56,495 bases of DNA from a virus (IMGVR_UViG_3300025010_000071:1-56495), one strand, 5' to 3'; counted from the first letter of the stretch, positions 1 through 8,910 are shown. Notes: a model not told the origin generated them from the letters alone. Numbers and translations are program-made.

Positions 1-1
1 C

Positions 2-352
2 ATTACCCCTGAAGTGTTGGCAAAACTTGCAGAAAATTTCCTTATCGAATATAGTGAAGCTACAGAGCAATGGCGCAAGTGGGCTAACAGGCAGTTGACA
101 CAAGTGGAACTGGATGATGTGTTTGAGGCATTGCCTTTCTCTCAGCCAGAAAAAGAGAAGATAATGGCACTTCCCCTGATGAACAGTGACAATCGGTTCT
201 TGCAGCAGATGGAGAATCGTACACTGTGGGATGTGAACAGCGCCGCTACCCAGTTCACGAAACACGAAATTCGTGGTGATCAGAGGCGTAATGACCTGGA
301 AAGAGACATTGCAATCGCTATGAGTAAAGTCGGGAAGGACTTGATAAGATGA
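2..352 (+). CDS. DUF932-like phage protein, 5'-truncated by window edge
   Basis: Frame open from base 2; C-terminal TLWDVNSAATQFTKHE resembles the DUF932 family tail motif. Confidence 0.5.
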   Translation: MTPEVLAKLAENFLIEYSEATEQWRKWANRQLTQVELDDVFEALPFSQPEKEKIMALPLMNSDNRFLQQMENRTLWDVNSAATQFTKHEIRGDQRRNDLERDIAIAMSKVGKDLIR

Positions 353-540
353 TTTATGAAATCTTTTTGTCGGCAGGACAGGAGGATGGTTTTATCGTGC
401 GTGGTGCTAAGTCTATGGACGAGGCTGTCACAAGGACAATTCACCACGCACGACAGAAACACCCCGGTCTATTTGACGCTAATGGGATGGTAAAAGAGTA
501 TGGGTTCCCATTAGTGTATGAAATTCAACAATGGCAATAG
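349..540 (+). CDS. hypothetical protein
   Basis: ATGA overlap with upstream gene; tight packing. Confidence 0.6.
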   Translation: MIYEIFLSAGQEDGFIVRGAKSMDEAVTRTIHHARQKHPGLFDANGMVKEYGFPLVYEIQQWQ

Positions 541-549
541 GAGGATATT

Positions 550-765
550 ATGTCTGAGAAAACTATATTGGAAAACTACTATGATGAATTAGAGCTTGCC
601 CAAACTTGGAAAAAAGAAGGAAGAATATTTGTAGATGCCGATGTAGCTGGTAAAGAACTTGCAGACGGAAGAGAATTTGTACCAATTGATGAATACATAG
701 AAGATTTTGAAAAATGTATACGGGAAATGGAAGCAGGAGCCGATCAAGAATTATATAATTATTAA
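550..765 (+). CDS. hypothetical acidic protein
   Basis: Strong RBS AGGAGG before ATG. Confidence 0.7.
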   Translation: MSEKTILENYYDELELAQTWKKEGRIFVDADVAGKELADGREFVPIDEYIEDFEKCIREMEAGADQELYNY

Positions 766-775
766 AGGAGGCATT

Positions 776-1204
776 TTGGAAAAGATAGGAGTATGGGTAC
801 CAGTAGATCAAAATGGTACTTCATTCAAACAGATATTTGAAACTGATGGTATGACGTATGCAGATTTAGTGGAGAAGGTATATCGTGGAATTGATCTGTT
901 TCTTGTTCATAGTGTGGATAACAGTTTCAATTACATTTTTCCTATGGCTTTTGCAGAGGATAGATTGATTCCACTTTCTGCTATCATGGCAAACAATTAC
1001 AGTATAATGCCTACTGGTAAGAAGTTGGGTGAACTGGAATGCAGTTCCGTTACTGCTAATTACTGGACATGTGACTGTAAAACATATTTTGTATGGCACA
1101 AGATCGTACAGAAGTGCCACAGGTGCAATCAAACAGTTAGTAATGCGCGTAACAGGCTACCAGATTTAAACAATCTCATCAAATGGGACTATTTGGTTCC
1201 GTAA
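776..1204 (+). CDS. hypothetical protein with C-terminal CxC/CxxC zinc-ribbon-like motif
   Basis: AGGAGG before TTG at 776; CDC and CHRC motifs. Confidence 0.55.
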   Translation: MEKIGVWVPVDQNGTSFKQIFETDGMTYADLVEKVYRGIDLFLVHSVDNSFNYIFPMAFAEDRLIPLSAIMANNYSIMPTGKKLGELECSSVTANYWTCDCKTYFVWHKIVQKCHRCNQTVSNARNRLPDLNNLIKWDYLVP

Positions 1205-1237
1205 ACAGCGCAATCCTTTAATTAAATGGAGAACAAA

Positions 1238-1570
1238 ATGGGTATTGACAATTTGACAATTGGTGAAATTAAACAGTTAGCTTGTATGTTCAATACAAAA
1301 CAATGTGATAATTCTGCATGGGAATTGGATGAAGTTTATTTGATCAGGACAGTGACTATGATTGACACTGGTAAAGTGGTTAAAGTTACTGATCAAGAAA
1401 TTGTATTAGAGGATGCTGCTTGGATTGCTGATACTGGAAGATTTTCCGATGCTATTAAAAAATGTGAATTCAATGAAGTGGAACCGTTTCCAGATGGTAA
1501 AGTAATAATTGGTCGTGGAGCTATTATTGATGCAGTAAAGATTAAAAAATCTCCCAGGAGCCAAAAATGA
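1238..1570 (+). CDS. small beta-rich phage protein (DUF6948-like, possible Sm/SH3-like fold)
   Basis: GGAG RBS before ATG 1238; YLIRTVT..TGKV...IVLEDAAWIADTGRF..EVEP..IIGRGAIIDA pattern. Confidence 0.6.
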   Translation: MGIDNLTIGEIKQLACMFNTKQCDNSAWELDEVYLIRTVTMIDTGKVVKVTDQEIVLEDAAWIADTGRFSDAIKKCEFNEVEPFPDGKVIIGRGAIIDAVKIKKSPRSQK

Positions 1571-1788
1571 ATACAGCAGTTTTACGAACTGGATTTGACA
1601 GGTCATGGTCAGGGTCAAGGTCAGGGTCAGGGTCAGGGTCAAGGTCAGGGTCAGGGTCAGGGTCATGGTCAGGGTCAGGGTCAGGGTCATGGTCATGGTC
1701 ATGGTCATGGTCAAGGTCATGGTCAAGGTCAGGGTCAAGGTCATGGTCAAGGTCAAGGTCAGGGTCAGGGTCAGGGTCAGGGTCATGA
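1567..1788 (+). CDS. low-complexity peptide: 11-aa leader plus (G/R/W-Ser)31
   Basis: ATG overlaps upstream stop (ATGA); frame ends exactly where the repeat ends. Confidence 0.6.
   Translation: MNTAVLRTGFDRSWSGSRSGSGSGSRSGSGSGSWSGSGSGSWSWSWSWSRSWSRSGSRSWSRSRSGSGSGSGS
1600..1785 (+). repeat. tandem hexamer array (NGGTCA)x31, N = G, A or T
   Basis: Read directly: 15 GGGTCA, 8 AGGTCA, 8 TGGTCA; no other variation. Confidence 0.97.
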
Positions 1789-1898
1789 AGATTCAATAAT
1801 TGGAACCTATCGGGATTTTGTTTTCCTGTCAGTCAATAGTCAGGTAAGCATGATAGGCAGAAAACAAAATCCCGATGCAATCTCCGCGAGAATCCAAT

Positions 1899-2198
1899 AT
1901 GAGCAGATTACAGAAGAAAGTTATTCCCTCAGAAGATGAACGAGTACAGTTATTGGTTAAACGCCATTCAAGAGTATATTACAAAAGGCTTGGTAAGTAC
2001 CGATACGTTGTAGTATTCCCTATGCTACCTGGTATCCCACCGTATAAACAGGGACTTTTTGTCAATTCAGAATATAATGGAATTTTTGATAGAGTTATTG
2101 AATCAGAAGTAAATGGAGTTTTACTGGAATATGAGGATATTCCAGAACTGGTTCTCAATCTCATAAAGAGAGAGTTATATCATGGCGGATATTTGTAA
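1899..2198 (+). CDS. hypothetical protein
   Basis: ORF overlapping the helicase start; start codon uncertain (1875 or 1899). Confidence 0.55.
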   Translation: MSRLQKKVIPSEDERVQLLVKRHSRVYYKRLGKYRYVVVFPMLPGIPPYKQGLFVNSEYNGIFDRVIESEVNGVLLEYEDIPELVLNLIKRELYHGGYL

Positions 2199-3666
2199 GC
2201 TACACACATACGATCCTATTTTCACTTGGTGCAATCGAAAGGCGGCAGACACTTTACGGAATCTGCTTTCATACGAGTACGAGGTATGGGAAAAGAAACA
2301 ATTCGGGAAGAAGAAGAAAATATATAAACGGTACCTGATTGAAGGACGGAATTATGGTGACTACTTTTTCCTTTCGGGACTGGTTGACCGATGCATTGAC
2401 TACCTCCATAAAAACAACATAGAGTATGAATATGTATCAGACATTCCCGAACTGAGATTCAGTAGTCCCCACCTAGAAACAATCCAATTCCGTGAATATC
2501 AACTGAACCTGATTAATATTGCCATTGAACGGGGATATGGTGTTATCATTTCACCTACGGGAAGCGGGAAATCCATTATTCTGTATGGTGTCATATCTTG
2601 TTTCCCTAAAGAGAATGTTCTGATACTGGTTCACTCCCTTGATCTTGTGAAACAGTTACATGATGGGCTAAAGGAATGTGGTTTCGATGGTACTGGTATA
2701 TATTCCAGAGGGAAACCTATGCACAGGATAACGGTTTCTACAGTACAAAGTTATTCTAAAGTTGCTAAGGACTGGAAAAATCATTGGGATGTAGTAATAG
2801 TTGACGAAGGGCATCATGTTGGTAATCCAAATAGAGGATGGTACTATGATGCTTTAACTTATACAAAATGTCCTTGGCGGTTCGCATTCACCGCTACTTT
2901 ATCTGATAGAGTGGAAGCACGGTTTGCCCTGGAAGGATTGATCGGGCCTGTAATTGGTGAACTTACAATGGCAGAAGGACAAGACCTTGGTTTCCTTGCT
3001 ACTCCTGAAATTATATTTCGGATAGTACCTGTACCAGAAACAGTTCGGAACATTCGTAAGGATACTTCTTACAGTAAGATTTACACTGATGGTATAGTGG
3101 ATAACTGGACAAGAAATGCTAAGATTGCTTTTGAAGCTGAACGGGAAGTGAAAAATGGTGGCACAGTTTTGATCCTTGTCAGCAGGATAGCCCACATACA
3201 TGCTATTATTGAATTTATGGACATGCCTGTTGAGATTGTTCAGGGATCGGTTTCCAAGGAACAGCGGTCAATCATCAAAGAGGAATTAAAGAACGGTGAT
3301 ATTGGTTGTGTCATTGCAACTATTGCTTGGGTAGAGGGTGTGGATATCCCATCACTGTCTATGGTAATCAATGCTGCTGGTGGCATCTCTGAAAGAGAAA
3401 CCTTACAGAAAATTGGTAGAGGGTTGCGGAAAACAGAGAATAAGAATACAGTGAAGATTATTGAATTTATGGATATTGCTAATATTCCCAGAAACATATT
3501 AAAACCAGCACAAGGAGCCCATATTCTTCATAGGCAGAGTGTTATAAGATGGGAGATTTATGAGGGACAAGGTTGGAAACCAATTTTGGAACAAGACGAT
3601 AGTCATTACATAAAGGAACCTTTACGGAAACAGCTTTATGCTAAAGAAAACCAAGACAGACTATAG
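2182..3666 (+). CDS. superfamily 2 DNA helicase (UvsW-like)
   Basis: FREYQ Q-motif, SPTGSGKS Walker A, VDEGH, TAT, EGVDIP, QKIGRGLR. Confidence 0.93.
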   Translation: MADICKLHTYDPIFTWCNRKAADTLRNLLSYEYEVWEKKQFGKKKKIYKRYLIEGRNYGDYFFLSGLVDRCIDYLHKNNIEYEYVSDIPELRFSSPHLETIQFREYQLNLINIAIERGYGVIISPTGSGKSIILYGVISCFPKENVLILVHSLDLVKQLHDGLKECGFDGTGIYSRGKPMHRITVSTVQSYSKVAKDWKNHWDVVIVDEGHHVGNPNRGWYYDALTYTKCPWRFAFTATLSDRVEARFALEGLIGPVIGELTMAEGQDLGFLATPEIIFRIVPVPETVRNIRKDTSYSKIYTDGIVDNWTRNAKIAFEAEREVKNGGTVLILVSRIAHIHAIIEFMDMPVEIVQGSVSKEQRSIIKEELKNGDIGCVIATIAWVEGVDIPSLSMVINAAGGISERETLQKIGRGLRKTENKNTVKIIEFMDIANIPRNILKPAQGAHILHRQSVIRWEIYEGQGWKPILEQDDSHYIKEPLRKQLYAKENQDRL

Positions 3667-4585
3667 CAGTTTCAACATTATCGGATTCTTGGATGAGTAT
3701 GGTATATCGTATAGAACGTCAGGTAAGAACATTGCAAATGGTTGGATAGGTATTGAAACTTGTCCTTTCTGTTCTGGTAGTGGGTTTCATTTTGGTGTAA
3801 AGCTTTCTTCTAATAACGGTAGTTGTTGGATATGTGGTGACGGTGGAAATGCCGTCAGTATCATAGCTAATGTTGCGGAAGTAAGTTGGAAAGAAGCTTA
3901 CCAGATACTGCATAAGTTCAATTCAGATGTTGTGGATTGGATTCCTGAATCAGATAAACCAGGACAACAAGTTATTTTACCTGACGGTATAAGAGAAAAA
4001 TTAACCAAGTCGGCAAAACAGTATTTGATTGGTAGAAAATATAATCCTGACTTTCTGGTTCAGCAATACAAGATCCGTTGTACTGATCAGTATTCTACTC
4101 TATATGTTGAAGACAGGGAGTGGGACTTTTCAGAACGGATATTGTGTCCCGTGTACATGAATCGGCAGATGCAATGTTATGTTGCTCGGGATTACACTGG
4201 AGAGAAAGATCCAAAATATATGAATTCCCCTGTAGTGGCATCGATACGGGAACCAAGAAGTTGTATTTACAATTATGATACCTTGAAAGGAAAGATTATA
4301 ATTGTAGAAGGTATTACAGATGTATGGAGATTTGGTGCAAAAGTAGGTGCATTTCTTGGGATAACATTTACACCACATCAGATAAGAAGTTTGGCTGAAA
4401 AAGATATTGAAGAGGCTACGGTATTGTTTGATCGTGGTGCAGAGAAGAGGGCAAAAGAATTGGCTCATTCTTTGGCATCTGTTATTCCTGTAGTAAGAGT
4501 GGCTTTTATCGAAGAGGATGATCCTGGTGTAATGGAACAGGACGTAGCGTTAAAAGTTAAATACCAACTTATAGGGGAGGTATAA
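3638..4585 (+). CDS. DNA primase (Zn-binding plus TOPRIM)
   Basis: CPFC..CWIC zinc domain, KYMNSP, IIVEGITD TOPRIM motif. Confidence 0.88.
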   Translation: MLKKTKTDYSSFNIIGFLDEYGISYRTSGKNIANGWIGIETCPFCSGSGFHFGVKLSSNNGSCWICGDGGNAVSIIANVAEVSWKEAYQILHKFNSDVVDWIPESDKPGQQVILPDGIREKLTKSAKQYLIGRKYNPDFLVQQYKIRCTDQYSTLYVEDREWDFSERILCPVYMNRQMQCYVARDYTGEKDPKYMNSPVVASIREPRSCIYNYDTLKGKIIIVEGITDVWRFGAKVGAFLGITFTPHQIRSLAEKDIEEATVLFDRGAEKRAKELAHSLASVIPVVRVAFIEEDDPGVMEQDVALKVKYQLIGEV

Positions 4586-4854
4586 TGGAAAAGTGGAAAG
4601 ACTGGATTATAACAAAGCATTTAGTGTTTCATTGGATGACCGTAATATTAATAATTTGGGTATCATTTGCTGCTGGTGCATTGGCAGAGTATAACTATAT
4701 CCGAATGAATAGAATGGATAAAATTGTTGTACAGAAGTATCGGTTTCACCATAAATGCTTAGATGGAACAGATGTAGAGTATATTGCCACTGCAAAGTTA
4801 AACACAATGGTGGTATGTAATGAACTACCAATAGAACCTACTGAGGTAGAGTAA
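4585..4854 (+). CDS. single-pass membrane protein
   Basis: Hydrophobic stretch VILIIWVSFAAGALA. Confidence 0.6.
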   Translation: MEKWKDWIITKHLVFHWMTVILIIWVSFAAGALAEYNYIRMNRMDKIVVQKYRFHHKCLDGTDVEYIATAKLNTMVVCNELPIEPTEVE

Positions 4855-5235
4855 ATGATTGGCGGGCTTGAAGCCATCTTATGGTTAACCCTCAATGTTT
4901 ACCATGAAGCCCGATCGGAAGATCAGTTCAATCAGATTGCGGTGGCTCATGTAACTTTGAACAGGGCCAATAAAGATGGCAGAACAATCAAGCAAACGGT
5001 TCTTAAAGACAGGCAGTTCAGTTGGACGTTTCAGAAAACCAAAGATGAATATTGGCCAGACGATTGGAAAGCTTTCCTGAAGTGTCTTAAAAGTGTACGG
5101 GTTGCGGCTACTGGTTATGATTTCACCCAAGGAGCCACTCACTATCATGAGAGAAAAGTAAAACCTTATTGGACTAAGGGGATGCACCAGATAGGTACAT
5201 TTGGGGCACATAAATTCTATGTATCACGGAGGTAA
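4855..5235 (+). CDS. cell wall hydrolase, SleB/Hydrolase_2 family
   Basis: NVYHEARSE, AVAHVTLNR, QFSW, GATHYH, GAHKFY motifs. Confidence 0.9.
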   Translation: MIGGLEAILWLTLNVYHEARSEDQFNQIAVAHVTLNRANKDGRTIKQTVLKDRQFSWTFQKTKDEYWPDDWKAFLKCLKSVRVAATGYDFTQGATHYHERKVKPYWTKGMHQIGTFGAHKFYVSRR

Positions 5236-5236
5236 T

Positions 5237-5557
5237 ATGAGTAAACCAATAATGGCAAGTTTCACAAGAGAGACAGGTAGGTGGAACGGTAAGACATTTG
5301 TTGATCGGGAATTCTATAATTACAGTAAAGAAATACAGATGGAAATAGTAGATAAGGATGATAAACCTATACTGAGATTTATCGGTGGGCCTACCGGTTA
5401 TGAATCATACTACATTAAGGATTTCTTGAAACCCTGGCCCAATAGACCCAGTGAAATATGTATATGTGGTGGTACAATAAACAGTTACCACAGATGCAGT
5501 GTTCCTTGGAAAGAAGTAGAGCAATTCTTGTCAGATAATGGGTATCAGGAGAAATAA
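5237..5557 (+). CDS. hypothetical protein
   Basis: GGAGG RBS before ATG 5237. Confidence 0.65.
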   Translation: MSKPIMASFTRETGRWNGKTFVDREFYNYSKEIQMEIVDKDDKPILRFIGGPTGYESYYIKDFLKPWPNRPSEICICGGTINSYHRCSVPWKEVEQFLSDNGYQEK

Positions 5558-5599
5558 ATCGGTAGTAAACTGTAATTCAATCCTGTAAGGAGAAATGTT

Positions 5600-7594
5600 A
5601 TGGAATTTAAAGAATTCAAAGTGGCGGTACAAGAACAGTTCAAGAGGATGCAGGGGGCCAATCTGTTTCGGGTAAATTTGGATAAAGATGTTCTTTGGAA
5701 AACATATCTGGAAAGTTTTCCTGAAGGAACAAACCCTATATTTCGTGAACGAACGGAACATGACTGCCAGTGTTGTAAAAGTTTCATTCGAGCAGTTGGT
5801 AATGTTGTTACTATTACCAATAACAAAATAGAAAGTATTTGGAATATCAATATTGGTGGGCATTATCAAATTGTTGCTGATGCAATGGCAAAATACGTTG
5901 AAAGTTTCCCAATTGATAATGTATTCCTTCATGCTGAAAAAACAGCTGGAACAGATAAAAACTATCAACAATTGGAGAACGGGGAAGTATTAGGATGGGA
6001 GCATTTCTTTATTGATGTTCCCAGCAAAAACTACTGTAAAGGAATTGATATTGGTACAAAGTTATCAGAATACCGAAGCACATTTGATGTAATGTATCGT
6101 GGACTTGAAGAAATAACGGTTGATTCTATTGAAACCGTTTTAGAACTCATCGCCCAGAATTCTCTGTATCGTGGGGAAGAACATTTACATTCCGTAAAAT
6201 CATTTCAGGCACTAAAAAATGAATTTGACAAATCGGATAGTAAAATTCTATTCTGTTGGAACAAGGTTTGGATTACCCCGACTGTTGCGAGAATTAGAAA
6301 TACTTCTATTGGTACTCTTCTGGTTGACATATCAGAAGGAATAGATTTAGAAAAAGCAGTCAAAGCGTTTGAGTCCAAAGTTGCCCCGCACAATTATAAA
6401 AGAACTTCCGCAGTTGTGTCAAAGTCAATGGTTGAAAGTGCAAAGAAAAAGTTGGAAGAACTCGGTCTGGTTGAAGCTCTTGAAAGACGACATGCAGTCA
6501 TTGAAGATATTTCCATAAACAATGTGCTGTTTGCTGATCGTGCTGCAAAGAAGAGAATGGATGTATTCGATGAGATTGCTGCAAAGACAACAAAGATTCC
6601 GAAGAAATTGGAACGTGTCGAATCAGTGGATATTGAGACATTCGTCAAAGAGATTCTTCCAAGAGCGGAATCGATTGAACTGATGTTTGAGAATAAGCAC
6701 ACTTCCAATCTGGTGAGTTTGATTGCTCCGGCAATGCAGGGAAAGAGCATGTTCAAATGGGATAACAACTTCTCATGGTCGTACAATGGCGAGGTTGCTG
6801 ATTCGATCAAAGAGCGGGTCAAGAAAGCCGGGGGCAATGTCGGGGGATATCTCAGATTCTCCCTGTCATGGTTCAATTTTGATGATCTTGACTTGCACAT
6901 GGTTGAGCCAAATGGATATGAAATTTTTTATGGGAACCGAGGATTTAATAGTCCTTGTCGGGGAACGCTTGACGTTGATATGAATGCCGGTTCGGGAACC
7001 ACCAGAACCCCTGTTGAAAATATCTGCTATTCCGATAGGAAGTATCTAAAGGATGGAACTTATCGACTGTTTGTACAACAATTCAGTCAAAGGGAATCGA
7101 AAGATGTTGGGTTTGAGGTTGAGTTTGAAGTTGAAGGCAGAATGGAGACACTAACTTATGACAAACCAGTAAAAGGTAATGTCCCTGTTCTTGAAATTAA
7201 GTATTCAAAAACGGATGGTATAAAGATCATCAAATCTCTTCCGTCCTCGCAGTCAACAAAGGAAGTTTGGGGAATCAATACACAGCAGTTCCATAAGGTC
7301 AATGCAGTTATGTTTTCCCCGAATTATTGGGATGAGAAGGCAACAGGAAACAAACATTACTTCTTCATGCTGGATGAGTGCAAGAACATGGATTCAGCAA
7401 GGGGTTTCTACAATGAGTTCCTGTCGTCAGAACTAGATGCCCATCGGAAAGTTTTTGAGATTCTTGGATCGAAGATGAAGGTTGAAAACTCAGAGAATCA
7501 ACTGAGTGGTCTTGGTTTCTCTTCAACCCAAAGGAATGAGGTTCTTTGTCGTGTAACTGGGAGTTTTTCCCGCACAATCAAAATCACTTTTTAA
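5600..7594 (+). CDS. large phage protein with YfaP/DUF2135-like C-terminal domain
   Basis: HDCQCC motif near N-terminus; LSWFNFDDLDLHMVEP...LDVDMNAG...PVENI motif. Confidence 0.7.
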   Translation: MEFKEFKVAVQEQFKRMQGANLFRVNLDKDVLWKTYLESFPEGTNPIFRERTEHDCQCCKSFIRAVGNVVTITNNKIESIWNINIGGHYQIVADAMAKYVESFPIDNVFLHAEKTAGTDKNYQQLENGEVLGWEHFFIDVPSKNYCKGIDIGTKLSEYRSTFDVMYRGLEEITVDSIETVLELIAQNSLYRGEEHLHSVKSFQALKNEFDKSDSKILFCWNKVWITPTVARIRNTSIGTLLVDISEGIDLEKAVKAFESKVAPHNYKRTSAVVSKSMVESAKKKLEELGLVEALERRHAVIEDISINNVLFADRAAKKRMDVFDEIAAKTTKIPKKLERVESVDIETFVKEILPRAESIELMFENKHTSNLVSLIAPAMQGKSMFKWDNNFSWSYNGEVADSIKERVKKAGGNVGGYLRFSLSWFNFDDLDLHMVEPNGYEIFYGNRGFNSPCRGTLDVDMNAGSGTTRTPVENICYSDRKYLKDGTYRLFVQQFSQRESKDVGFEVEFEVEGRMETLTYDKPVKGNVPVLEIKYSKTDGIKIIKSLPSSQSTKEVWGINTQQFHKVNAVMFSPNYWDEKATGNKHYFFMLDECKNMDSARGFYNEFLSSELDAHRKVFEILGSKMKVENSENQLSGLGFSSTQRNEVLCRVTGSFSRTIKITF

Positions 7595-7642
7595 GTGAAC
7601 TGAAGTCCAACGTAGTTAAACATGAATCAAAAGGAGAACATC

Positions 7643-8038
7643 ATGAATGGAATGTTTGAGAAAGCGTCAAGAGAAGGAATCCGGTTTGAATCTTCCAAGG
7701 GAAATCTAACCGTTGAGGATCTGTGGTGCTTGCCGTTGTCGAGCAGGAATGGATCAAACCTTGACAGTATCGCCACTGGGCTGTATTGCAAGCTGAAGGA
7801 AGAGAATACCACCAGCTTTGTCGTCAAGGCGAAGAAAGCTGATGAAATCCTTCAGTTGAAATTCGATGTGGTAAAGCACATTATCGATGTCCGGTTGGCT
7901 GAAGAGGATGCCGCTGAAAAGATCAAGGCAGATCGGCAGAAGAAACAGCGGATCATGGCGATCATTGCCGAGAAGGAAGATCAGAGCTTGATGGGCAAGT
8001 CTCTGGAGGAATTGAAGGAGTTGGCAAACTCGCTGTAA
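7643..8038 (+). CDS. helical hypothetical protein, probable partner of upstream gene
   Basis: AAGGAG RBS; MFEKASR..GNLTVEDLW.LPL pattern and coiled-coil tail. Confidence 0.7.
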   Translation: MNGMFEKASREGIRFESSKGNLTVEDLWCLPLSSRNGSNLDSIATGLYCKLKEENTTSFVVKAKKADEILQLKFDVVKHIIDVRLAEEDAAEKIKADRQKKQRIMAIIAEKEDQSLMGKSLEELKELANSL

Positions 8039-8047
8039 GAATCTTAA

Positions 8048-8085
8048 CTGAATTGTGGCTCTTGTTTATAGGAGCCACAATTCAG
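8048..8085 (+). terminator. 14-bp perfect inverted repeat (terminator or processing hairpin)
   Basis: CTGAATTGTGGCTC / GAGCCACAATTCAG just after a stop; no U-tract. Confidence 0.55.
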
Positions 8086-8098
8086 AAGGAGAAATGAT

Positions 8099-8263
8099 AT
8101 GGCTATTAAACCAATAGTAGATATTGGTGATGTAATTTCCCAGTTGCAGCATTTACTTAGTTGCAAAGAGCTTCTGGAAGAATTATACCACCAAGTTGAA
8201 ACATATAGTAGGATAGATGATATGACTTGGACACGGGTAAAGCTACTGATAGGAGAGAAATGA
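8099..8263 (+). CDS. small hypothetical protein (54 aa, not in ORF track)
   Basis: AAGGAG RBS; MAIKPIVDIGDVISQL... Confidence 0.55.
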   Translation: MAIKPIVDIGDVISQLQHLLSCKELLEELYHQVETYSRIDDMTWTRVKLLIGEK

Positions 8264-8385
8264 TCTTAACTATATTTTTAGTTGGCATTTTCATATTGCT
8301 TTTATGCAAAGTTGGGGGAGACAAACAGCAAACCAATCAACAGAGACAGTGGAAGAAGCAGATGAAATTCTTAGAAAAATTATGA
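8260..8385 (+). CDS. small membrane peptide (41 aa)
   Basis: ATGA overlap; MILTIFLVGIFILLLC hydrophobic segment. Confidence 0.45.
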   Translation: MILTIFLVGIFILLLCKVGGDKQQTNQQRQWKKQMKFLEKL

Positions 8386-8395
8386 TGGTTTTTTC

Positions 8396-8424
8396 TTGCA
8401 ATGTGTTTCCTTTGCTTGTATGCT
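8396..8424 (+). promoter_or_regulatory. sigma70-like promoter
   Basis: TTGCAA-17 nt-TATGCT at the start of a long intergenic region. Confidence 0.6.
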
Positions 8425-8440
8425 CTCTAGGTATGCAGAA

Positions 8441-8596
8441 TGTTAGGAAGCTGGTCACTTCTTAACAAAAGAATAATAGGTTGGTAAAAATATAAAGATA
8501 AATTTAACTGGACAAAATCAAGTTGCGACCCCATAGCCACATGGAAGATACCGGTTTGTCCAGGATCGGTATTTCTCATTGTGGCTATTTTTATTT
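8441..8596 (+). ncRNA. candidate structured 5' leader / attenuator of the replication operon
   Basis: Hairpins at 8441-8467 and 8533-8588, T-tract, and alternative pairing CTGGACAAA (8508-8516) with TTTGTCCAG (8555-8563). Confidence 0.5.
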
Positions 8597-8607
8597 AAGG
8601 AGAACAA

Positions 8608-8910
8608 ATGGCAAAGCTGATCAAGAAAGAAGTTCCAGAAGAACTGGAAAAAGAAGAGGTCATGGTAGGAATCAGTAATCCATGGGCTATCCCTGTTATT
8701 ATCCCTCAGTCATCGGTTGACCATATAGTAAGAATGTATGTAGAAGGGGATGAGTTGGCATTAACAGCTATGGTAATCTATCTACAATGTCGTTCATGGA
8801 AAATGAAACGACAAGAATGGAATGATGAAATACTCTGCACCACTTTTAATATCAGCAAAGAAGAATTGGATCACGTAATAAATATATTGGAAACCGTTAA
8901 ATTTTATTAG
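8608..8910 (+). CDS. small winged-helix-like protein
   Basis: AAGGAG RBS; ILCTTFNISKEELDHVINIL HTH-like pattern. Confidence 0.5.
   Translation: MAKLIKKEVPEELEKEEVMVGISNPWAIPVIIPQSSVDHIVRMYVEGDELALTAMVIYLQCRSWKMKRQEWNDEILCTTFNISKEELDHVINILETVKFY

Noticed and set aside
1600-1785. Array as CRISPR, telomere or reverse-transcriptase product
   Set aside because: No spacers, internal location, and no reverse transcriptase or cas gene in the window.
1406-1799. ORFs reading (TL/TM)n, (DP/DH/DL)n and (VR/VK/VM)n over the hexamer array
   Set aside because: By-products of a stop-free repeat; they lack the translational coupling seen for the Ser frame.
8048-8588. Shared 9-mer ATTGTGGCT in two neighbouring hairpins as an operator
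   Set aside because: Only two copies in different structural contexts; chance cannot be excluded.
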